From a virus (lineage: Duplodnaviria > Caudoviricetes), in IMG/VR virus record IMGVR_UViG_3300035491_000163, positions 1 through 31,157 of that record: a DNA stretch of 31,157 nucleotides. One strand, given 5' to 3'. A model generated the notes under the pieces. That model was given only the letters and a program-made list of their open reading frames with translations. It ran no database searches and had not been told where the DNA came from. Each line of letters begins with the position of its first letter. Position 1 is the first letter of the stretch. This document shows, in pieces, positions 10,131 to 15,832 of this stretch. Position numbers and translations under genes: made by a program.

Positions 10131-10472
10131 ATGCCTGAGCCATTTCTTTTTGACGTCAGGTAGAGACTTCATGATCTGGATAGCTTTGTCGTAAGCGGGG
10201 TCGAGGGGGAATGCGTCGGGACGCGATTTGCGCATATCATACCCCCTCAGCACATCGTCAATCAGGTCGTAGTAAGAGTTCTGCAGCGACGAAATGCGCT
10301 CATAGAACATGGTGATAGTTACCAAAAACTCGCGTTTGTCCCGCTCGCTTGGCAGCTGCATTGCGCAGCTATCTTCCCACTGCTCAAGGCCCTTCTTTAT
10401 GGCCTGGATGTGTTGCTCCATCTCGTCCCAGCTTGGGGGCCGTTTGCCGTTGATAGCTGTTAATTCGTCCAT
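10122..10472 (-). CDS. Hypothetical protein downstream of the mnt-like gene (116 aa)
   Basis: AAGGCAGG purine-rich RBS; charged helical protein; convergent with the late operon. Confidence 0.65.
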   Translation of the reverse strand: MDELTAINGKRPPSWDEMEQHIQAIKKGLEQWEDSCAMQLPSERDKREFLVTITMFYERISSLQNSYYDLIDDVLRGYDMRKSRPDAFPLDPAYDKAIQIMKSLPDVKKKWLRHKK

Positions 10473-10496
10473 GAACCTGCCTTTTGAGCCCTAGTG

Positions 10497-10874
10497 TCAG
10501 CTATACCCCATGTTCGACAGGGCGCTGGCTATCTTCTGTTTTTCGTATTCGGTTTCGCCGATTTCTCTGGCTTTCTCGATGGCAATGGCCTGGAGCTCGT
10601 CGGCCTTGGCCGGGTCCGCTTCTGCCTCGCGGCGAAGCTTGATCATTTCTGCCGATAGGCCGACCGACTTGATATGCAGCCTGGTCAGCTCCTGCTGGAG
10701 GCGGACGACGCTCTCTGTTTCAACCTCATCAAGCGATCTGGCAGAGAAGCTCTGCTCAAGTCGGGCGGTAAGCTCTGCATTAACAGAGCGACGGTTTTGT
10801 TCAGCAGCCTCCTTTAGCTTCTCGTACAAGCTGTAGGGAAAGCGGAACTGTGAGCGGTATAGGTCTTCTTTCAT
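10497..10874 (-). CDS. Arc-family ribbon-helix-helix repressor with coiled-coil C-terminus (Mnt-like, 125 aa)
   Basis: RSQFRFPYSLYEKLKEAAEQNRRSVNAELTARLEQS is a clear Arc/Mnt signature; divergent from arc-ant. Confidence 0.85.
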   Translation of the reverse strand: MKEDLYRSQFRFPYSLYEKLKEAAEQNRRSVNAELTARLEQSFSARSLDEVETESVVRLQQELTRLHIKSVGLSAEMIKLRREAEADPAKADELQAIAIEKAREIGETEYEKQKIASALSNMGYS

Positions 10875-10883
10875 GTCACTAGG

Positions 10884-10912
10884 TTGACACTAAATAATTC
10901 CGTTCGTATAGT
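10884..10912 (+). promoter_or_regulatory. Sigma70 promoter for arc-ant (Pant-like)
   Basis: TTGACA (10884-10889), 17-nt spacer, TATAGT (10907-10912). Confidence 0.8.
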
Positions 10913-10927
10913 GACTGAGTGTCACTA
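10909..10927. promoter_or_regulatory. Palindromic operator candidate for Arc/Mnt-like repressors
   Basis: TAGTGAC-N5-GTCACTA perfect inverted repeat over the -10/+1 region; extra half-sites GTCACTA (10875-10881) and GACACTA (10886-10892). Confidence 0.7.
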
Positions 10928-10943
10928 AAAAGGAGAGCGCAAA

Positions 10944-11084
10944 ATGAAGCAAGTGACCCGCACCCAGGTGCGAATCCCGACCGACCTGATGGACTGGCTA
11001 AAAGAGCAAGCCAAACAGCAGAATCGCTCAATGAATGCCCAGCTTGTCGAGCTGCTTAATACAGTAAAGCAGCGGGCAGCCTGA
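10944..11084 (+). CDS. arc: Arc-family repressor (46 aa, absent from the ORF track)
   Basis: AAGGAG RBS; MKQVTRTQVRIPTDLMDWLKEQAKQQNRSMNAQLVELLNTVKQRAA contains the RSMNA Arc motif. Confidence 0.88.
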   Translation: MKQVTRTQVRIPTDLMDWLKEQAKQQNRSMNAQLVELLNTVKQRAA

Positions 11085-11157
11085 AAAGAAAAAGCCCCGA
11101 CGAGGTGAGAGTCGCCGGGGCTTTGGATAACGAAACGTTCGAGGAGAACAATTTCAT
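11085..11157 (-). ncRNA. Putative sar-like antisense RNA (~70 nt) covering the antirepressor RBS
   Basis: Minus-strand extended -10 TGTGcTATTCT (11173-11163) and ATGACA -35 at 16 nt; hairpin AAAGCCCCG...CGGGGCTTT followed by a U run on the minus strand. Layout matches P22 sar. Confidence 0.6.
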
Positions 11158-12082
11158 GAACAAGAATAGCACAGCGGCATCGAATGTCATCCCTTTCAAG
11201 TTTGAGACGCGCGAGGTGCGCACCATGCTGGTTGATGATCAGCCGTGGTTTGTTGCCAGTGATCTGGCTAATGCGCTGGAGTATGGCGTTGCCTCTGCGA
11301 TGACTCGTCATTTGGATGAGGATGAAAAGGGTGTGTCAATTGTGCACACCCTTGGCGGCGAGCAGGAAATGCTGATCATCAACGAGTCTGGTCTGTACTC
11401 CGCCATCCTGCGCAGCCGCAAGGCCTCGGCCAAGCGGTTCAAAAAGTGGGTGACTGCAGAAGTCCTGCCAGCCATCCGAAAGCATGGGCGCTACGAAGAT
11501 CGCCGCAACACCATGTCTACCTTGATCGGTCAGACTATTGGCACTGATGGCTTTCACTGTCTGGCCGCTGTCCTGGATGGCAAGGTTCGCCATCTGCCGG
11601 CACCAGCACGTAAACGGGCCAAGCAGCATGTGTGGTCTCAGGTGCACAAGGCGTTCAGCGTGGTGTCGGCGCAGGATATTCCTTCTGACCAGATGGACGG
11701 GGCGCGCAACTTCATTGCCGCATACGCGATTGAGGGGGAGTGGCTGGGTAGGGAGAAACCGGCCGCACCGAAGCCGCCGCTGAATATCCACTACCCTCTG
11801 GATGCATTGACTTGCCGCCGACCTGGAATGCTCACGCCCTACAACGCAAATCACGATACGTTGAGCGTTACCTTGGAAGACTTGAGCTGCCCTCGCACGT
11901 CGTTCTGCGAGATGATCTTGTCTGAGCTGAGCCGCAACGGCTACGCAGTAGAGGCGGCCTGGTGGGAATTTCGCACCTACCGGAACAAGTTCGAGGCGTT
12001 TCGGGGCTTGGTGTATAACCTCGGCAGCACCATTGAGGATCCGCAGAACTACGTGGTGAATCGCAATCCGCTGCCAGTCTAA
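11156..12082 (+). CDS. ant: BRO-N domain phage antirepressor (308 aa; start reassigned to ATG 11156)
   Basis: GAGGAG RBS; PWFVASD...INESGLYSAILRSRK..AKRFKKWVT.EVLPAIRKHG is the BRO-N signature. Confidence 0.88.
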   Translation: MNKNSTAASNVIPFKFETREVRTMLVDDQPWFVASDLANALEYGVASAMTRHLDEDEKGVSIVHTLGGEQEMLIINESGLYSAILRSRKASAKRFKKWVTAEVLPAIRKHGRYEDRRNTMSTLIGQTIGTDGFHCLAAVLDGKVRHLPAPARKRAKQHVWSQVHKAFSVVSAQDIPSDQMDGARNFIAAYAIEGEWLGREKPAAPKPPLNIHYPLDALTCRRPGMLTPYNANHDTLSVTLEDLSCPRTSFCEMILSELSRNGYAVEAAWWEFRTYRNKFEAFRGLVYNLGSTIEDPQNYVVNRNPLPV

Positions 12083-12100
12083 TCAGGTGCAGTGACCCTT

Positions 12101-12133
12101 AAGCCCCGCTTCGCGCGGGGCTTCCTGTTTCTT
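12101..12133 (+). terminator. Intrinsic terminator after the antirepressor
   Basis: AAGCCCCGC-ttcgc-GCGGGGCTT stem followed by CCTGTTTCTT. Confidence 0.7.
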
Positions 12134-12159
12134 GCACCCAGAATTGAGTCACATAGGGT
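12132..12159 (+). promoter_or_regulatory. Putative late promoter, copy 1
   Basis: TTGCAC, 16-nt spacer ending AGTCACA, TAGGGT; same layout at 15773 and 23978. Confidence 0.55.
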
Positions 12160-12189
12160 CGAGCTAAATCATCTCTCTGGAGACAGCTC

Positions 12190-13650
12190 ATGGTTGGCCT
12201 GACTGACATCGGCAACATGGAACAAACCAAGCGGCGCACCAGCGGTATTCCGCTGCGCCTTGATGACACCTCATCGCTCCCCGCTGGAATTGCGCGCAAC
12301 CCTGCATCATCGAGCACCACGACCAGCATGCTGGCGCAGATGCCGCCTGCCAAGTCAGACCCGTTCGCGGGCTACCAGCAGAATGTGCAACGTAACAGAC
12401 AGGCTCTGAGTAATGCTGCTGGTGCCTTGGGCGACCTCTACAAAGGCGCCGCAAGCACGCTGATCAACACGGCAACCGTGGTACCGCGCACAGTCGCCGG
12501 GATTGCTACTGGCGAGACGCCGATTACCATCGACAGCAATCTGCCGGACTATGGCGCGGGTGAGCGTGAGCGTGCTGCTCAGAAGGCACAGCGCCGTGCT
12601 GAGCGGGCAGCCAGCGTTCCAATGCCTGGACAGGAGTTTGCCCGCGTCGTTGCTGATCGGGCTGTTGCGCGTGCCACCAGCGCGCTGACTTCTATTCCCA
12701 AGCCTCCTACGCCGTTGACATCAGGGCAGGGAGGGCGCATCGACGCTCCGGCTTCTTCTGGGACGACATCCGCAGCCCAGCAGCAGGGTGGCGCCGTATC
12801 GCTTACCGAGCCGCCGGCCGGCACCTGGGCTGCCGTTGGCAACGGTGTTGCAGGCCGCCGCAATACCCAAGGCGTGGCCGAGTTTACTGACAGTCCGCAG
12901 GCATTGGCGGGCGCGCAGCCGGGTCGCGTAGGCGGTCTGGGTGATGGGATCGGTGGATTATCTGTTGTCTCCGGCGGCCGTGAAGCGATGGATCGCAACC
13001 TGCTTGCTACCGAGATCATGCAGCAAACCCGGCGTGAGCGCTCGAACCCGAATTACCTCACGGTAGTCGGCGACAGCAGCCGCGAGCGAGCTGCAACCCG
13101 TAACCCGCTGGACCGCTTGGTGGCTGATCGAGCCAACCAGGAGCGAGCTGACGCGCGCGCTGGCCGAGAGAACGCACGTCTTGATCGTCTTGCTGGTGGT
13201 AATCAGCGTATCGCTCAGCTGCAGGGCCAGCTTGAGCAAAGCGCACAGGCACGTGTCGACAACGAGCGGAACAACCGGGCGGCGACACGACTGGATGACC
13301 TGAGCAGCATTCTGGCTAATCCGGATCTATCGCCAGAGCGTCGTGAAGCGGTTGAGCGTATTCAGACATCACTCACGCTACCTGCTGAAGCGCGTGTCAG
13401 GGCGGATACGGAGCGCGAAGCAGCACAACAACGGACGCTCGCAGATCTGTACAAGTCGTTCGTTGAGCAGGACTCGATCCTCAAGCCTGAGGATCGAGTG
13501 CCATTTGATCAATGGGTGGCGCCATATCTGGCCGCTAGTGGAGGCGGTGCCGCGCCGAGCGGGGTGCCAGAGGGGATGACTTTCGCGGGAACATCAAACG
13601 GCAAGAACGTTTATCGCGACAGCAGCGGTAGAATGTTCGTGGACGAGTAG
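12190..13650 (+). CDS. Putative DNA ejection/internal virion protein (486 aa)
   Basis: GGAGA RBS; Ala/Gln/Arg-rich, low-complexity and coiled-coil composition; lies upstream of the giant protein. Confidence 0.6.
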   Translation: MVGLTDIGNMEQTKRRTSGIPLRLDDTSSLPAGIARNPASSSTTTSMLAQMPPAKSDPFAGYQQNVQRNRQALSNAAGALGDLYKGAASTLINTATVVPRTVAGIATGETPITIDSNLPDYGAGERERAAQKAQRRAERAASVPMPGQEFARVVADRAVARATSALTSIPKPPTPLTSGQGGRIDAPASSGTTSAAQQQGGAVSLTEPPAGTWAAVGNGVAGRRNTQGVAEFTDSPQALAGAQPGRVGGLGDGIGGLSVVSGGREAMDRNLLATEIMQQTRRERSNPNYLTVVGDSSRERAATRNPLDRLVADRANQERADARAGRENARLDRLAGGNQRIAQLQGQLEQSAQARVDNERNNRAATRLDDLSSILANPDLSPERREAVERIQTSLTLPAEARVRADTEREAAQQRTLADLYKSFVEQDSILKPEDRVPFDQWVAPYLAASGGGAAPSGVPEGMTFAGTSNGKNVYRDSSGRMFVDE

Positions 13651-13652
13651 AG

Positions 13653-14060
13653 CTACGGTAGCGGTTCGTATTCACCTTCAAATGGGACTACGCGCCGGGC
13701 AGGAGTGTAGGGCCCATTGAATGGCACCAGACCTCTTGGTGCGGAAGCGCTGGCTTCTTCGTCATACAGCTGCCTGCACGCCCTGCCAATCCAGCGAATA
13801 GCCAAGGCTGATCGAGCAGATTTGCTGACGTCCTGCGTGCACTCAAGGCCAGATTCGTATTCTGAGAAAATGCCCCGGCCCGCGCCCTGCTCAACGTCAT
13901 CAAATCCGCCAGGGTTACTGTCGATACACAGCCGCAGCCCGGCGCGGGTGGCGAGATCATTCTGCACCCCCTCCAGCTTATCGAGCAGGCAGGTGGCGTA
14001 GTTGTCGGCAAAGGCCAGGGGAGAGAGCAGGGTAAGGAATAGTAAGGTGATCGTTTTCAT
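13653..14060 (-). CDS. Exported four-cysteine protein (VF_A0006-like moron, 135 aa; start reassigned to ATG 14060)
   Basis: Signal peptide MKTITLLFLTLLSPLAFA; NYATCLLDKL..VQND...C...EC...ACRQLY four-Cys pattern; AGGA RBS. Confidence 0.7.
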   Translation of the reverse strand: MKTITLLFLTLLSPLAFADNYATCLLDKLEGVQNDLATRAGLRLCIDSNPGGFDDVEQGAGRGIFSEYESGLECTQDVSKSARSALAIRWIGRACRQLYDEEASASAPRGLVPFNGPYTPARRVVPFEGEYEPLP

Positions 14061-14212
14061 TGGTATCCGTTCCTGGCTGACTGTAGGTAGGATGCCTTGG
14101 AGGGTGGCGCTGGGCAAGCGGCATGCCTCGTCCGCGAGCACCACCTCTGCGATGATGCTAACCTTCAGGGCTTGTGGGTTATAGCCGATAACGTAATTGC
14201 TGGAGGCGTCAT

Positions 14213-14470
14213 GTGACTACTATCAAGCTGCAGCGTTCTCATCAGCGGGCTGATGGAGCCGCCTGGACGCAGGAAATGCTGCGTCGCTACTGGGAAGCAG
14301 ACCGTGAGCTGGATGAGGTGTGCCGTCAGCGAGGACTGGAGAAGCCAGTGTTGATAATGGCGGGTGAGGCATGTGGTCAGGTGCAGGGCTACGTCGAGGC
14401 AATTCACACCAATAGCCTGCAGGATTCAGAGCGGAGCGGACAGATTCCATCCGTCACGCCGTTGCTGTAA
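14213..14470 (+). CDS. Hypothetical protein (85 aa)
   Basis: GGAGG 6 nt before a GTG start; fills the intergenic space; no recognisable family. Confidence 0.45.
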   Translation: MTTIKLQRSHQRADGAAWTQEMLRRYWEADRELDEVCRQRGLEKPVLIMAGEACGQVQGYVEAIHTNSLQDSERSGQIPSVTPLL

Positions 14471-14495
14471 CTGGTCGCAAAGCTACAACCATTGG

Positions 14496-14523
14496 TTGAC
14501 AAGGGGCTTGACTTGGAGATAAT
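14496..14523 (+). promoter_or_regulatory. Sigma70-like promoter for hicB-hicA
   Basis: TTGACA (14496-14501), 16 nt, GATAAT (14518-14523). Confidence 0.55.
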
Positions 14524-14540
14524 CACGACCCAGATTTAAT

Positions 14541-14580
14541 CGTGTCCGATGTTGTCCGCTCCTGTCCGTTACTGTCCAGC
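14541..14580. repeat. Four 10-bp-phased direct repeats (core TGTCC)
   Basis: cgTGTCCgat gtTGTCCgct ccTGTCCgtt acTGTCCagc; cores at 14543, 14553, 14563, 14573. Confidence 0.85.
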
Positions 14581-14652
14581 TGAACTTGCTTGATCGATAC
14601 CGGACTAATGGTTGTAAGCAACACAACGATTGATGCAGCCGAGAGGAAAGCC

Positions 14653-14970
14653 ATGAGAGGCAATGAAATTATTCTCCGGTGCTTTGCTGAGCAAAAGGAT
14701 GGTTATTGGCAAGCGTTCTGCATTGACCTGTGTCTCGGCGTTCAGGGAGAGTCCGAGGCAGAAGTTAAGCAGAAGCTTGAGGCTCAAGCATACGAGTACC
14801 TAAAGGACATTTTTGAAGGCGAGGATCGCCCATACGCCAAGCAACTGCTGTCGCGTAAAGCCCCTGCGTCCATCAGAGCGAAATACCATTTTTACGCTTT
14901 TATGGGCCATATCCACGCCTTGAAGAATCGCTTCGCATTTGATGCGCTAATGCCCTTCAAAATGGCGTGA
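14653..14970 (+). CDS. hicB: HicB-like antitoxin, RNase H-like domain only (105 aa; start likely ATG 14653)
   Basis: GAGGA RBS; DGYWQAFCIDLCLGVQGESEAEVKQKLEAQAYEYL fits the HicB N-terminal fold pattern; adjacent to hicA. Confidence 0.68.
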   Translation: MRGNEIILRCFAEQKDGYWQAFCIDLCLGVQGESEAEVKQKLEAQAYEYLKDIFEGEDRPYAKQLLSRKAPASIRAKYHFYAFMGHIHALKNRFAFDALMPFKMA

Positions 14971-14976
14971 GGATGG

Positions 14977-15219
14977 ATGCCGAGACTTCATCCGATTACC
15001 TGCAAACAGGTCAAGTCGGCCCTGAGTGCCTTAGGGTTTGAGAAAAGACCTCAGGGCAGCACTTCACATGAAAAGTGGGTGAAGACGACCAATAAGGGCC
15101 GGTGGATCGTAACGGTTGACTGCCCAAAGGCCCCGTTTGGGAACGATCTTATAAAGTCCATGGCGGCCCAAGCCGGGATGAAAACCAGGGAGTTCCATGC
15201 GGAATGCTGTAAGCACTAA
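14977..15219 (+). CDS. hicA: HicA-family mRNA interferase toxin (80 aa)
   Basis: KQVKSALSALGF...TSHEKW...VTV...LIKSMAAQAG matches the HicA pattern (TSH in place of GSH); GAGGA RBS. Confidence 0.82.
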   Translation: MPRLHPITCKQVKSALSALGFEKRPQGSTSHEKWVKTTNKGRWIVTVDCPKAPFGNDLIKSMAAQAGMKTREFHAECCKH

Positions 15220-15223
15220 ATAG

Positions 15224-15248
15224 AAGCCCGCTCCGCGCGGGCTTTTTT
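15224..15248 (+). terminator. Intrinsic terminator after hicA
   Basis: AAGCCCGC-tccgc-GCGGGCTT followed by TTTT. Confidence 0.85.
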
Positions 15249-15297
15249 GTGCCTGCTACAATCGCAGCCAGCGCGCAGATGAGACAAGGATAATTGA

Positions 15298-15729
15298 ATG
15301 CATAAAGCCGCATGGATGCTCGTGGTCGCAGTTAGTGCCGCTCAAGCAGGCGAGACCATACCGCACAGCTTCGTTGGTGGTTGGGCCGGCGAGGATTACC
15401 ATCTGCAGGCTGCTTTGGTGCGGCCAGGCTCTGTTCGACTTGTTTACGAGTCGGGCGGTTCTGCCTTATGCGTGCCGACTCGCATTAACGTCATCAAGCC
15501 TGGATTTTTCAGGGATACCCTTGGAGTGAATATTACCTGCAGGGGTGTAGATATGGCTCGCCTCCGTTCATATAACTCCGTGTTTTCCACGAACATTCAA
15601 CCTGCGGATGTTGAGTGGTCTGTCTACTTGAACGAGATTGAGGCTGGGTTTGAGATTGAGGTAATGAGCTGCTTGGCGCCGATCGACGATTCTGCATGCC
15701 CTAAAGCCGTGCTCTATAGGGCCAATTAG
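15298..15729 (+). CDS. Exported hypothetical moron protein (143 aa)
   Basis: AAGGA RBS; signal peptide ending AQA; four Cys; upstream extended -10 TGcTACAAT at 15254-15262. Confidence 0.62.
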   Translation: MHKAAWMLVVAVSAAQAGETIPHSFVGGWAGEDYHLQAALVRPGSVRLVYESGGSALCVPTRINVIKPGFFRDTLGVNITCRGVDMARLRSYNSVFSTNIQPADVEWSVYLNEIEAGFEIEVMSCLAPIDDSACPKAVLYRAN

Positions 15730-15772
15730 CTTAAGTCGCACAGGTAATGCTGCAAGGTGTTCGTGCAATCAA

Positions 15773-15800
15773 TTGCAAGCACCATCCAGTCACATAGCCT
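15773..15800 (+). promoter_or_regulatory. Putative late promoter, copy 2
   Basis: TTGCAA, 16 nt, TAGCCT; 19-bp CCATCCAGTCACATAGCCT identical to 23987-24005. Confidence 0.62.
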
Positions 15801-15832
15801 ACCGAGGAAATGTTCCTTCCTTGGGGTGTGTG

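Noticed and set aside
10925-11311. 128-aa minus-strand ORF across arc and the ant start
   Set aside because: Conflicts with the clear arc and ant genes and crosses a minus-strand terminator.
14541-14580. Possible CRISPR or type III antitoxin repeat array
   Set aside because: Units are only 10 bp with no spacers, and no cas or ToxN-like gene is nearby.
15773-15832. TTG start at 15773 for the giant protein
   Set aside because: This TTG is the -35 of the repeated promoter motif; ATG 15833 has an RBS.
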